NCBI GenBank assembly: GCA_030692375.1
Contig: JAUYCD010000054.1
Location: 1-55,915, forward strand
DNA from: Candidatus Latescibacter sp.
Lineage (GTDB): Bacteria; Latescibacterota; Latescibacteria; Latescibacterales; Latescibacteraceae
Reading direction: 5' to 3'
DNA: 55,915 nt
Position numbers and translations under genes: made by a program. The notes below the pieces were generated by a model. It was not told the DNA's origin. It was given only the letters and a program-made list of their open reading frames with translations, and made no database searches. Positions 32,001-40,926 of this stretch are shown in pieces (within the stretch, counting starts at the first letter, position 1; every line of letters starts with the position of its first letter).

Positions 32001-32161
32001 CGGGGGTGGACCTGGCCCGTGCGGCCCGGCTCCTGGGGTTCAGGAATGTACGACGATTTCGGAAAAAGCTGGAAGATGTCATTTCCCTGACTCAGGAACA
32101 GTACAGCCGTCTGATGGCCGGGCTCCTCGAAGAGGCCGCAGACGAGAAGCTGCAATCATGA
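29036..32161 (+). CDS. glnE: glutamine synthetase adenylyltransferase/adenylyl-removing enzyme
   Basis: Two nucleotidyltransferase cores: GLGKLGGMELNVSSDIDLIYLY and AAGRLGAGVMDFGSDLDLIFVY. The track ORF begins at 28961, but the ATG at 29036 has an RBS and removes a hydrophobic non-conserved leader. Confidence 0.9.
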   Translation: MPVINQRLSDILSSGIIELSRGDPGILLSRGVPPETIREIQIILNIYSSKSPYAVFRIMAAIIQLPSPNRGLLRLERFLRSAGNSLAAPEDSRVLSDILAIIFSWSGALTGRLTGDPSLISLLASLENPLTPQLDRAYYRDAIRVLTGNHRLISEKIRAIHRMHTVQLIRICARNADPQTDISEINAELSLLAESVIEACLDAALEDLPAKCGIKPESHSLIVLGLGKLGGMELNVSSDIDLIYLYRESENQGNDDRITFHTLLAERLTRFLSEATDAGMLYRVDTRLRADGSSGPLVRSTGDYFRYLEMRGEAWERQMLLKARPVAGDREAAGEFLRSLERFIFTTTITRSPNREIVALKNQIEARMIVEGSKKTHLKLMPGGIRDIEFIVQCLQLLMGGMHPEVRASGTIPAAGKLHKAGALSKDEHRILSGAYRRYRQTENALQWKELLPAFTLPDTLSDLNELAEFIGYESGENPPCPPVLRGETEGRGDIRREIEELREQVRAIYRDIFSPGSHDSFDEMAIEAALGQAGNDQEKRFLESLGFPEPGESARYLFRLVTGNEPGGEAAIHPSVERFVPMLLRTLSDLPDPGGALERLTHIVDSYSARYTLFDVLAESPRFMELLAAIAHGSVFLTDILVKDPSLLDWLVEVGEIRNPPDEGKILKELRAVDREHESNEEFTKACLLVKNREELRIGSRSITGLEETCETFANLAVLAECIVKTVYGRAFSLLGGTDFSRRRDYAFTVLAAGRLGAGVMDFGSDLDLIFVYRSAAVKENEAEISEYSVKLARLILSLITGGGGVNKIYDVDTRLRPEGGTSVLAISLDEYRKYLDTRAVEWERLALMRARPVAGNDRLAADIEKTVSRFVYSGRLTRAEISRILDIRAKMAESSQKRYPGQINVKSGPGGLADIDFAVQARTVHYGKEKPEIRRRHTLDIIKALSAARLIDRHDALTLTESYRFLQDTEKALRIGSGRAVNTLPQPGVDLARAARLLGFRNVRRFRKKLEDVISLTQEQYSRLMAGLLEEAADEKLQS
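30469..30517. repeat. C/G-run palindromic element inserted in-frame inside glnE
   Basis: ATCCCCCCTG-TCCCCCC-GTATTAA-GGGGGGA-AACCGAAGG-CAGGGGGGAT has perfect 10-nt outer arms and an inner 7-bp hairpin. It is translated as NPPCPPVLRGETEGRGD. The core is shared with the intergenic element at 46966..46999. Confidence 0.8.
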
Positions 32162-33062
32162 CACCCCCGATAAAGCTGGGGATGATAAAGGTCAGCACGT
32201 TCTGAGTGAGCGAAGCGCTGAAAGCGGCTCCGGCAGCGATACCGAAGGGCGCGAGCAGTTTGATGGAGGTCATTTCCTTGATCCCCAGGTCGCCGACAGA
32301 GATCGGCAGGAGAACATTCACCAGATAAATGACCGGTATGGTTTTACATGCCGTCTGCCAGGAAAGATCGGTAAAACAGAGGAAGAGGCAGTAATACTGA
32401 ATACTATAGACCAGGTAAAAGATCAGGGAAAGGAATAGCATGATCCCGGTTTTCCCGGCTGTAAGGGCATCAAATGCGGAAAGAGAATTCCTGACTGTGT
32501 CTTCAGTCGAGAACCGCCGCACAATCTTTACCAGATGCGGACGGAGCCGGTCGATATTGAACAGTATGACCATGAGCAGGATTTCAGCAATAATCGGAAG
32601 CGCTTTGAATGGATGAGGGAGCAGAAAAATAAGCGCAATCAACCCGAAACAGTAGATCATGGCCTGGTTCAGCCCCTTTTCCAGCAGGGTGAGCGAAGCG
32701 ATTTTCATCCGGGAGTGCCCTGGTACGAGAAAACCCCTGGCAAATTCCCCCGACCGGGCCGGAGAAACCGCCCCCAGAAAAAAACCGCCGAACAGCGAGA
32801 TGATTACCGACCTGAGCGGCGGTTTTGTGTTCACTGCGCCGAGGATATACCTCCACTTGAATACCTGGAGACACAGACTAAGGGGCAGGAGGAGAAGAGC
32901 CAGAATCAGGTACTGCGGCCTGGCCTGCTTAAAAGCGGCGGTTATCTCCGAGAGCTTCACTACATGAAGCAGCACCGCAAAAAGGGCAATTACCACGATG
33001 AACCGCGCCACACTGTAAAAGCGGCGGAAGCGGACAGAGAGGCTTTTCACCCACTCAGGCAT
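32079..33062 (-). CDS. UPF0104/LPG-synthase-TM family integral membrane protein (TIGR00374-like)
   Basis: 327 aa with about 8 TM segments and conserved-looking FKWRYIL and GEFARG motifs. The 3' end overlaps the convergent glnE by 83 nt. Confidence 0.65.
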   Translation of the reverse strand: MPEWVKSLSVRFRRFYSVARFIVVIALFAVLLHVVKLSEITAAFKQARPQYLILALLLLPLSLCLQVFKWRYILGAVNTKPPLRSVIISLFGGFFLGAVSPARSGEFARGFLVPGHSRMKIASLTLLEKGLNQAMIYCFGLIALIFLLPHPFKALPIIAEILLMVILFNIDRLRPHLVKIVRRFSTEDTVRNSLSAFDALTAGKTGIMLFLSLIFYLVYSIQYYCLFLCFTDLSWQTACKTIPVIYLVNVLLPISVGDLGIKEMTSIKLLAPFGIAAGAAFSASLTQNVLTFIIPSFIGGVMIAASRLRPLRGARPSDGCTVPESGK

Positions 33063-34113
33063 GTATATTCATCCTCCGAAGGCCTTCGGTGCAGTTGCGG
33101 CACATGGGGAGCACCCGTCCCTGCCGGTTTAATACATTTCTGAAAGCCCGGTACCACTCCCCATTCCAGATAGATTCAAATGATTCGCCGAGGAGGTTCC
33201 CCATGGTATATTCGCTGTTCTTGTCGAAACAGCAGGGAACCACATTCCCTTCCCAGTCAACCTGCAGGCTGTAATACAATCTCAGGCAGCGATCCCGGAG
33301 CACCCGTCGGCGGTCGGTTTCAAGCCGTATATCTTTCCCGCGTTTCATCTTCCGGTAACGGGTGAGATTCGGGTCGCCGGGAAGGTAGGAGCTTAATGAT
33401 TCTCCCCCGGAAAGGGAAGAAACCTGGAGAGTTTTGAACACCGTACGGTGCGCACCCAGCGACCGGGCCAGCGTTTTGAATTGCTTGAGGTCCTTTTCAT
33501 TCCGGCTGTTTACCACGCACTGGAGCTCGATTTCCGGGCCGGACCTTTCACGGGCTGCTGCTTCCGATACACCGCGTATCCCCTCCAGAACCTTATGGTA
33601 AAAACCTCCAATCCTATAGGATTCGTAGGTTTCCGGGTCGACTCCATCAAGGGATACAATCAAGGTATGGAGGCCGCTCGCGATAATGTCCCCGGGATTA
33701 TCGAGAAAGTGGCCGTTTGTCGACACGATCGTCCGGAATCCCCGGCCGGATGCCAGGCTCACCATGGGGAGAAAATCAGGGGCGATGAACGGCTCGCCCT
33801 GCCCCCAGAGGTAGAGATCGGTTATTCCGAGGGGAAGATTTCCGATGATATGTTCGAACTGTTCGATGCCCATGATTCCCCGGGAACGCCGGAGGTCGCC
33901 CGAACCGGCGGCGCAGTGCGGGCACCGGAGATTGCAGAGATTGGTCGGCTCGATAAAGCAGCTTACCGGCGCGCCGAATGACCGATCGGAACGGGCGAGG
34001 AATCCCGCGCAGGCATTGAGATAACCGGCCGCTCTTCTTACCCGATTCCTACCATTCCGAGGTTTCATCTTCCAGTCCCAGGTGTTTCCTGAGCAGGGGA
34101 ACCACAAAAACAC
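33055..34113 (-). CDS. radical SAM protein with a C-terminal SPASM/twitch domain
   Basis: CNLRCPHC (CxxxCxxC) sits near the N-terminus. C-terminal motifs are VVPCCFD...GNL...PMCRNC. The start is uncertain: GTG at 34113, or ATG at 34068 (MKPRNG...). Confidence 0.8.
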   Translation of the reverse strand: MFLWFPCSGNTWDWKMKPRNGRNRVRRAAGYLNACAGFLARSDRSFGAPVSCFIEPTNLCNLRCPHCAAGSGDLRRSRGIMGIEQFEHIIGNLPLGITDLYLWGQGEPFIAPDFLPMVSLASGRGFRTIVSTNGHFLDNPGDIIASGLHTLIVSLDGVDPETYESYRIGGFYHKVLEGIRGVSEAAARERSGPEIELQCVVNSRNEKDLKQFKTLARSLGAHRTVFKTLQVSSLSGGESLSSYLPGDPNLTRYRKMKRGKDIRLETDRRRVLRDRCLRLYYSLQVDWEGNVVPCCFDKNSEYTMGNLLGESFESIWNGEWYRAFRNVLNRQGRVLPMCRNCTEGLRRMNIHA

Positions 34114-34312
34114 CCTCCAGGGGTTTGAGGGTTTTCATCTCGCGGACAAAAAGAGAAAGCGTGCCTGGGGGGTCCAAGGTTTTGTCGATAAAGAAAACCC
34201 GCTTCCCTTTCACCATGCAAAGACCGGAAGGCACGTCGACAGCATACCGTATCTCAATGCCGAGCCGCTCCGCCAGTTTTACGAATTCACGGATACAGAC
34301 GGCTTCATCCAT
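34049..34312 (-). CDS. small hypothetical protein (87 aa)
   Basis: Uninterrupted ORF co-directional with, and tightly packed between, the 743-aa protein gene and the radical SAM gene. No motif recognised. It is not RiPP-precursor-like (no leader/core pattern, no Cys-rich tail). Confidence 0.4.
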   Translation of the reverse strand: MDEAVCIREFVKLAERLGIEIRYAVDVPSGLCMVKGKRVFFIDKTLDPPGTLSLFVREMKTLKPLEGVFVVPLLRKHLGLEDETSEW

Positions 34313-34313
34313 T

Positions 34314-36545
34314 TCATAGCTTCCACTGCATCATATAGGTCAGATAAAAATCATACACGAATCCGAGCGTAGCCTTGTCTATCGTATTATCCCGGTAAGA
34401 ATACGTTCTCACATTCAAATCCAGCCCGAACTGCTTATATATTTTGAAGGTCAATTGATTGGTATTGATATGGCTGAACCGGTAATGGTACTGCGGGGTC
34501 GGATCCCAGAAAACATCGGTTGTGGAAGTAAACACCGCCGGATCGGTCAAAAATGACTTGGGGGCAAAGGTTTTTTTAAATTTGAAGGAAGTTTTGGTAC
34601 CCAGGGTGTTCAGGTTGGTGAAATAATTGCGGGATGCGTTCAGCTCGACTGAGGCGGATTCCAGCCATATTTTGGGATACTGACGCTGCAGTCCGGTGCT
34701 GATATCCATTCTTATGGGATGTTTGCCCTTCCCGGAGTAGAGTATGGAATAGGCGGTAACCTTGGCGATCGGCTGCGATGAAAAGAACGATATATTGTAG
34801 AGATAGGTGTTCTTTAGCATCAGATAATCATCTGTTTTTGTATAGATGGTGGTTTTATCCGGTGGTTTATATCCCTGCCTCTTGTAACGCATATCGACCT
34901 GGACAGTTAATATATGACGATCCTTTTTAAGGTTGAACAGATTGTTCTCTGAAGCAAACCGTACATAGCCGAAAAACTGCTCCTTCAAGTCTTTGAATTG
35001 TTGTGTGGTGATGGCGCTTCCATATTTAGGCTTGTTTACATCCACATCGACCCTGTTGAAATTGGAACCAACGGTCAGATTCAAATTGAGCGTCCAAATC
35101 TTCTGTTTCGCAGCGCGGCGCAGCCGCTCATCCTTGTCGACAATATAGCGCTCCACCGCTGCAAGCATGTTTACATTGGTGAATCGTTCATCGGTACCGG
35201 CTTTAAAGCGGCTGTACCCGTTCCCGCCGGAGCGGAGATGGGTGGTGGTAAGAACCTTATAGATACTGTCGTCTATAACCGGGATGGAATCCACCCTGCC
35301 ATCGGCGGTCATTCCGGAAATAAGCAGCCGGAGACTGGGGTCTGACTGGCTTATACTCATCTTTCCGATGGATTTCAGATCCGAGCCTTTCAAGTCATAG
35401 AGCGCCAGTTTCTCAAAAGGCCTGATGACGCTGCGGACATTGAAAATTGTCAGGCTGTCTTTAAGCGGATAGTAGAACAGGCTCTGCCGTTCCAGGAGCA
35501 CCACATCCGCCTTGTACATATCTTTTAGAATGGATGTCACAGCCCCGCCGGTGCGGGTAATCGCTGTTTCTTCAGTATCCTTCTGCTTCAGCTCGTTGAT
35601 GGTACGGTTCATTGAATCGAGAATTTCCTTGTCCGGGGGATACGCGTCCCCGAGTGTGAGGCTCATGAATTCCTTCGATTCGACGCCGCCCTGGTCTTTC
35701 ACACTGAATATGCCGAGCTGATTCCCGGATTCCGGGCCGATAAATACCGGTTTCCCGAAAAAGAAAGCGGTTGTGGAAGTTCCTTTCGGATCGGAAAATC
35801 CTCCCGCCTGGTTATTGGTGATGAAAATATTCACAAAAGGATATTTTACCGCCATGTTCACGATACTCGTACGGTCCATCCGGCCCGCCACAATGACAAT
35901 ATCAGGGTTTTCGCGCGCCATGCTCACCGTGAGATTGTTCAGCGCTTCATCGTAGGAGACGATATCGATTCCTGCGACATTCTCATCTTTCGAATTACGG
36001 ATGATGTTGGTATCGGACAGGGCCACGATACAAATCTTCTGGCCGGCCACATACCACATCGCATAGGGATCGACCATCGGACGGCGGGTTTTCTCGTCAA
36101 CCACATTGGCGGAAATAAAACGGGGAAAGGAATCGCTCTCAGCCATTTTCCGGAGCGCCTCGACACCAAACATGAATTCGGGGGCTGCAGGAATAATGTA
36201 ATCCAGTCCGGCCTGACGGGCAGCTTCCAAAAACTGGGCGCCGTTATCCTGTTTAACAATCAGAGTTGGTCCGAGGAGGGCGCCGAAACTGATGGCAAGA
36301 GAGCGGAAATCCTTGATCTGTTTGAAAGCGGCGGCCTGTTTGGCCAGAAGCTCATGGGAGCCTTCCGTTTTCCATCCGAACAGGATTGAATAACGATTGG
36401 TTGCATTCTGGGCAAATGCAGAATTACTGTACCCTGAAACGAGAAATCCCAGCAAAAGGAAGGAGATAAAGGATGAAAGATGAAGGATGAAAATCGTCTT
36501 TTTCTTTGGGCTTTGGGCTTTGGGCTTTGAGCTGTCTATTTTCAT
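34314..36545 (-). CDS. secreted protein: degenerate 5'-nucleotidase/metallophosphoesterase-like N-terminal half plus a beta-rich C-terminal half
   Basis: 743 aa. Signal peptide ...FISFLLLGFLVSGYSNSAFA/QNA. GLDYIIPAAPEFMFG aligns to the GNHEFD metallophosphoesterase motif but has lost N/H/D. FISANVVD resembles the UshA motif. The C-terminal roughly 300 aa have alternating Y/F/T-rich strands. Confidence 0.5.
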   Translation of the reverse strand: MKIDSSKPKAQSPKKKTIFILHLSSFISFLLLGFLVSGYSNSAFAQNATNRYSILFGWKTEGSHELLAKQAAAFKQIKDFRSLAISFGALLGPTLIVKQDNGAQFLEAARQAGLDYIIPAAPEFMFGVEALRKMAESDSFPRFISANVVDEKTRRPMVDPYAMWYVAGQKICIVALSDTNIIRNSKDENVAGIDIVSYDEALNNLTVSMARENPDIVIVAGRMDRTSIVNMAVKYPFVNIFITNNQAGGFSDPKGTSTTAFFFGKPVFIGPESGNQLGIFSVKDQGGVESKEFMSLTLGDAYPPDKEILDSMNRTINELKQKDTEETAITRTGGAVTSILKDMYKADVVLLERQSLFYYPLKDSLTIFNVRSVIRPFEKLALYDLKGSDLKSIGKMSISQSDPSLRLLISGMTADGRVDSIPVIDDSIYKVLTTTHLRSGGNGYSRFKAGTDERFTNVNMLAAVERYIVDKDERLRRAAKQKIWTLNLNLTVGSNFNRVDVDVNKPKYGSAITTQQFKDLKEQFFGYVRFASENNLFNLKKDRHILTVQVDMRYKRQGYKPPDKTTIYTKTDDYLMLKNTYLYNISFFSSQPIAKVTAYSILYSGKGKHPIRMDISTGLQRQYPKIWLESASVELNASRNYFTNLNTLGTKTSFKFKKTFAPKSFLTDPAVFTSTTDVFWDPTPQYHYRFSHINTNQLTFKIYKQFGLDLNVRTYSYRDNTIDKATLGFVYDFYLTYMMQWKL
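36462..36532. repeat. family-E repeat (GGATGAA units + TTTGGGC x3) lying inside the 5' end of CDS 34314..36545
   Basis: GGAGATAAAGGATGAAAGATGAAGGATGAAAATCG...TTTGGGCTTTGGGCTTTGGGCTTTGAGC. This is the reverse complement of the motif pair at 15560..15619. It is translated as KPKAQSPKKKTIFILHLSSFISF. Confidence 0.7.
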
Positions 36546-36607
36546 TAAACCTCCGGGCCGGTGGATTCATGGATGAATATAGGTTTTTGCCGCCCGGAAA
36601 TCAAGAA

Positions 36608-36645
36608 AAGGATTGTCTGAACCATGATTCGCATGATTTCAAGCT
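36608..36645. repeat. family-C short repeat
   Basis: AAGGATTGTCTGAACCATGATTCGCATGATTTCAAGC. Compare 15465..15495 and 55765..55809. Confidence 0.75.
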
Positions 36646-36647
36646 TT

Positions 36648-39035
36648 TCACTCATTATGCAGGGCATCTGCCGGATTGGCGCGCGCCGCTTTGACTGTCT
36701 GGAAGCTGATGGTGAAGAGAAAGACAGCCAGCGCCATACCTCCTCCGGCTATAAATGTCAAAGGATTCATGCCGGTATGATAGGCAAAGGCGCCGAGCCA
36801 GGAGCGCATGATGAAATAAGCCGCCGGCCAGGCGATTACCTCCGCGACGATCACCAATCTGACCGAATCCTTCGTGAGGAGAAGGATTATGTTTTTATAC
36901 GAGGCCCCGAGTACTTTGCGGATTCCGATTTCCCGTGTGCGCTGCCCGGTGGTGAACCAGGTGAGCCCGAACAATCCGATACAGGCGATGAATACGGAGA
37001 GCATGGCAAAATAACCGAGTATCCGGCCGACCCTTTCATCAGTGCGGTAGAGACTGTTAAAGCTCTCGTCGAGAAAAGAGTATTCGAAAGGACCGCCTGG
37101 AAAGATTTTTTGCCAGGACTCTCTCATGAAGTCCAGTGTGGCGGGGAGCGCATCCGGAAGAATGCGAACGCAAAGATACTGGTACCGGTTCGGCGCCATG
37201 AACAGTACGAGCGGCTCGATGGTTTCATGCAGCGAGAGAAAATTAAAATCCCGCATTATGCCGATGACCGAGCCGCTCCTCGGAATCCCCTGGGAAAGCT
37301 CCCGCCCTATAGATCCAGTATCCCATCCCAGCTTCCGTGCGGCGGCCTCATTGATGAGAAAAGCCCGCTCACGGTCCGATAGACTGTCAGGGGCAAAATT
37401 CCTTCCCGCCAGAAGGGTGATACCGAACGTGTCAATAAAGTCATAATCCGCCATGATGCCGTACATCGCTACCAGCCGGTCCGGGGGCGAACCTTCAGCT
37501 TTGAACTCATACCTTGAAATATCCCGGTCCCCCGGGGCATTCGAGGATGCGGCGGCTTGAATTACATGGGGATTTTTCAGAAGCTCAGTTTTAAATACTT
37601 CGCATTTCTGCCGGGCATCCCGGCTCCTGAGGGGGATAACCACTATGTGTTCCTTCTGAAAACCGAGATCCTTGTGTTTGATGTAGCTCATCTGCTCCCG
37701 GATTATTCCTGCGCTAATGATGAGCACAGTGCACAGGGTAAACTGCATGACAACAAACAACTCCCGCAAAAGAGCGCCCGATCTCCGGTCAGCAAATACC
37801 CCTTTAAAAACCTGAGCCGGAGTGAACCGTGAAAGGAATATTGCCGGATATATCCCCGAAATCAGCCCGACCAGAAGAGCAGCAACAAGAAGAATTCCCA
37901 GGAAGAAAAAATTATGGTAGTAAAGAATACTCATGTCCTTTCCGGTAAGGGTATTGAATACAGGCAGGACAAGCTCCTCAAAAGACAATGCGAACACCAG
38001 AGCGATGAAAGTAATAATAACCGACTCCCCCACGAACTGCAGCACAAGCTGGCTTCGTCCGGCCCCCAGCACCTTGCGGACAGCCACTTCGCGGGAACGG
38101 TCGAGCGAGCGGGCGGTGGAAAGATTCATAAAGTTGATACAGGCGATAAGCAGAATAAAAAAAGCAATGGCGGAAAACGCATAGATCGAGGTGATGTCGC
38201 TGTTGGCCTCTATTTCGCTCTCCAGGCGGGAATGGAGATGGATGGAGGTGAGGGGCTGGAGGAAGAAGCGCATCCTTGAAATATCCTCCACATCAAGGTA
38301 TTTTCGAAGGAGCGCGGGGAATTTTCGTTCCAGCTCCCCGGGGTTATTGTAATTCCCCGGAAGGAGAAGGTAGGTATAAAAACCTGCTCTCTGCCAGTCA
38401 AGGAAAATATGCCCCTGGGTTTCAGCAAGGCTTGAAAGCGATGCGAGAAAATCGAAACGGAAATGCGAATTGCGGGGAACATTCTTGACGATCCCCGTGA
38501 TCCGGTACTCATGCTCTCCCCCGATGTTCACGGTGAGCGTTTTGCCGAGAGGATTCTCTTTCCCGAAATACCTTGAGGCTGCTTCTTCTGTGATAACCAG
38601 GGAAAAAGGCTGCACCAGAGCATGCTCAGGGCTGCCCTGAATCAGGGGAAAAGTAAAAACCGTGAAAACGGCAGGATCGCAGAAAAAGAACCGTTCCTCG
38701 TGAAAACTGCCGCCCGGCCCGCTCACCACGGCGCTTTCATGATAGAACCGGACTGCTTCGATCAATCCGCGGAACTCACCGTTAATTGCGGAGGCCAGCG
38801 GTCCCGGAGTAACCGCTACCTGAACCGACTTCCCCGTGGTATGGTATTCACAGGCGACCCGGAAAATCTCACGGGCGTTTGCGTGATATCTGTCGTAGCT
38901 GAGCTCATCGCAGACATACAGAAAAATAAGGGAACAGCAGGCAATTCCCACCGCCAGCCCGGAAATGGTAATGAAGGAAAAGATTTTATACCGGGACAGA
39001 CTGCGGAGGGTGATTTTCAGGTAATTCCTAACCAT
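36648..39035 (-). CDS. ABC transporter permease, MacB/FtsX family with duplicated FtsX domains
   Basis: About 795 aa counted from ATG 39035 ([13 protein letters not shown]). Two four-TM FtsX-type modules are separated by large periplasmic domains. The start overlaps the ATPase stop by 8 nt. The track start at 39155 would run through the ATPase gene. Confidence 0.85.
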   Translation of the reverse strand: MVRNYLKITLRSLSRYKIFSFITISGLAVGIACCSLIFLYVCDELSYDRYHANAREIFRVACEYHTTGKSVQVAVTPGPLASAINGEFRGLIEAVRFYHESAVVSGPGGSFHEERFFFCDPAVFTVFTFPLIQGSPEHALVQPFSLVITEEAASRYFGKENPLGKTLTVNIGGEHEYRITGIVKNVPRNSHFRFDFLASLSSLAETQGHIFLDWQRAGFYTYLLLPGNYNNPGELERKFPALLRKYLDVEDISRMRFFLQPLTSIHLHSRLESEIEANSDITSIYAFSAIAFFILLIACINFMNLSTARSLDRSREVAVRKVLGAGRSQLVLQFVGESVIITFIALVFALSFEELVLPVFNTLTGKDMSILYYHNFFFLGILLVAALLVGLISGIYPAIFLSRFTPAQVFKGVFADRRSGALLRELFVVMQFTLCTVLIISAGIIREQMSYIKHKDLGFQKEHIVVIPLRSRDARQKCEVFKTELLKNPHVIQAAASSNAPGDRDISRYEFKAEGSPPDRLVAMYGIMADYDFIDTFGITLLAGRNFAPDSLSDRERAFLINEAAARKLGWDTGSIGRELSQGIPRSGSVIGIMRDFNFLSLHETIEPLVLFMAPNRYQYLCVRILPDALPATLDFMRESWQKIFPGGPFEYSFLDESFNSLYRTDERVGRILGYFAMLSVFIACIGLFGLTWFTTGQRTREIGIRKVLGASYKNIILLLTKDSVRLVIVAEVIAWPAAYFIMRSWLGAFAYHTGMNPLTFIAGGGMALAVFLFTISFQTVKAARANPADALHNE

Positions 39036-39717
39036 ACTGTTTTCCCCGGATATTTTCCGAAACAATATGCCCGTCGAAGAGATGAATACGCCTTCGCCCG
39101 TAAATGGCGTATTCCGGGGAGTGGGTGACCATGACGATGGTGACGCCTTCCGCATTCAGTTCGCCGAGCAGTTTCATCACCTCATCGCCGTGCCGGGAGT
39201 CAAGGTTGCCGGTAGGCTCATCGGCAAGAATCAGCCGCGGATGGGTGACCACTGCCCTGGCAACCGCCACACGCTGCTGCTGGCCGCCGGAAAGCTGGCG
39301 GGGAAAATCATTTTGACGCGAGTTGATTTCCAGCCGGTCGAGAACTTCCTGCACCCGTTTTTTCCGTTTGATAGGAGGCATGCCGAGATAAAGGAGGGGG
39401 AGCTCGGCATTTTCATACACAGTCAGCTCTTCGATGAGATTGAAGTTCTGGAATACAAATCCGATGTTCTTTTTCCGCAGGGAGGCGCGCTCACGTTCGA
39501 TAAGCTGCGACACTTCGGTTCCGAGGAAATAATATTCGCCTCCGGTGGGGGTGTCGATCAGGCCAAGCACATTGAGCAGGGTTGATTTCCCGCAGCCGGA
39601 TGGTCCCATGACCGCAACAAATTCACCCTCCTGCACCGCCAGATTCACCGTGCTGAGGGCGACGGTTTTCACCTCTCCGGCAGTATATGTTTTCGTGAGA
39701 TTGTTGGTTCGGATCAT
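39028..39717 (-). CDS. ABC transporter ATP-binding protein (MacB/LolD-type)
   Basis: 229 aa. Walker [10 protein letters not shown], signature LSGGQQQR, Walker [13 protein letters not shown]. Confidence 0.93.
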   Translation of the reverse strand: MIRTNNLTKTYTAGEVKTVALSTVNLAVQEGEFVAVMGPSGCGKSTLLNVLGLIDTPTGGEYYFLGTEVSQLIERERASLRKKNIGFVFQNFNLIEELTVYENAELPLLYLGMPPIKRKKRVQEVLDRLEINSRQNDFPRQLSGGQQQRVAVARAVVTHPRLILADEPTGNLDSRHGDEVMKLLGELNAEGVTIVMVTHSPEYAIYGRRRIHLFDGHIVSENIRGKQYG

Positions 39718-40808
39718 AAACCCTCACCCCCTGCCCCCTCTCCCGCAAACGTCTTCGCGGTTTCAACAAAAGCCCGTATGTTTTCGAGAGGAACTTCCGG
39801 CTCGAGAACATGGGTCGGCGAAAGAATAAGAGCGCCGTCATATCCAAGATCACGCGCCCGTTCCCGAACCACACGGGATACTTCCTCCGGGTTTCCGAAG
39901 GGCATAGTGGTCTGGGTCCCGATGGTCCCGTCCAGAACAAGGCGGTCGCCGTATTCTCTTTTCACCGTTTTGAGGTCGAGACATTCAGGTTGAACCGGAT
40001 TGAGGATGGTCACTCCGATATCGATTAGTTCGGGAATGATGGCTTCGATGTTCCCGTCGCTGTGATACCAGATTTGCATGTCCGGTTTAATGCTTCTCGC
40101 CAGAGAGAAAACCTCCGCCCACCGTGGTTTCATGAATCTTCGCCAGAGCTCCGGTGAAAACATCATGGTTTTCTGGTTCGCCACATCATCCCCGGTCTTG
40201 ATCCAGTCCACCTCGGCATGAGCCGCGGCTCGCGCCATTTCCAGATTCCTTTCTTTCACCCTGTCCAGAATGTAGTCGCACCATTCGGGGCGGTCGATCA
40301 TATCCATGAGAAACTGTTCATACCCCCTGATCTGCCAGGAATCCTCATACATGTGCCCAATCCAGCATCCGGCGACTTTTCCGAGCGCATGGGCTTTATT
40401 CACCTCTCCGGCAAAATTGCGCGAGGAGAATCCCCTGATACCAGGATATGGAAAGGTTTCAATATCCACAAACCGCTGAACATGCCGAAGTGGACTGATA
40501 TAGCTCGTAAAATGGTACATGCTGCCGGGAATCTCAAGAACACCCAGGGGATTGATGAATGCATTTTCCGCTCCATGCATTTCCTCGAAATACACGGAAA
40601 AATCCGGAGGCTCATATCCATCCGGCGGCAGCATCTCAGGCATGACCGGATTGTACATACCGAAAAAGTCCCGTATATCCCCGCAGCCGATGCCGTATTC
40701 CTCTCTTATCCGCTTTTCAAGATGGGGAGTAAAACCAGCATAAAAGAGGAAGCCCTGATGGGCGCGGTGATCAACAGTTGCGTGGAAACATTCAAGCTGA
40801 TTCAACAT
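39714..40808 (-). CDS. uroporphyrinogen decarboxylase (URO-D) family protein, MtaA/CmuA-like
   Basis: Family call by overall resemblance only (HSDGNIEAIIPELIDIGVTILNPVQPE, TIGTQTTMPFG). The track ORF starts at 40895 inside a repeat copy, so the ATG at 40808 (MLNQLECFH) is more plausible. The C-terminal GEGAGGEGL is encoded by a G-run tract. Confidence 0.6.
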   Translation of the reverse strand: MLNQLECFHATVDHRAHQGFLFYAGFTPHLEKRIREEYGIGCGDIRDFFGMYNPVMPEMLPPDGYEPPDFSVYFEEMHGAENAFINPLGVLEIPGSMYHFTSYISPLRHVQRFVDIETFPYPGIRGFSSRNFAGEVNKAHALGKVAGCWIGHMYEDSWQIRGYEQFLMDMIDRPEWCDYILDRVKERNLEMARAAAHAEVDWIKTGDDVANQKTMMFSPELWRRFMKPRWAEVFSLARSIKPDMQIWYHSDGNIEAIIPELIDIGVTILNPVQPECLDLKTVKREYGDRLVLDGTIGTQTTMPFGNPEEVSRVVRERARDLGYDGALILSPTHVLEPEVPLENIRAFVETAKTFAGEGAGGEGL

Positions 40809-40863
40809 GCAGGCAAACCGTTTATATTCAATGTGATCAATTTTTATGAAAGGAAATGGGTTC

Positions 40864-40926
40864 AGATCCTGAAACGAGTTCAGGATGACGCGCACCTATG
40901 TCATGCCGAACTCGTTTCGGCATCTA
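40864..40926. repeat. family-A modular palindromic repeat, short form, reverse orientation
   Basis: AGATCCTGAAACGAGTTCAGGATGACGCGCACCTATGTCATGCCGAACTCGTTTCGGCATCT. The H2 module is degenerate here. Confidence 0.85.
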
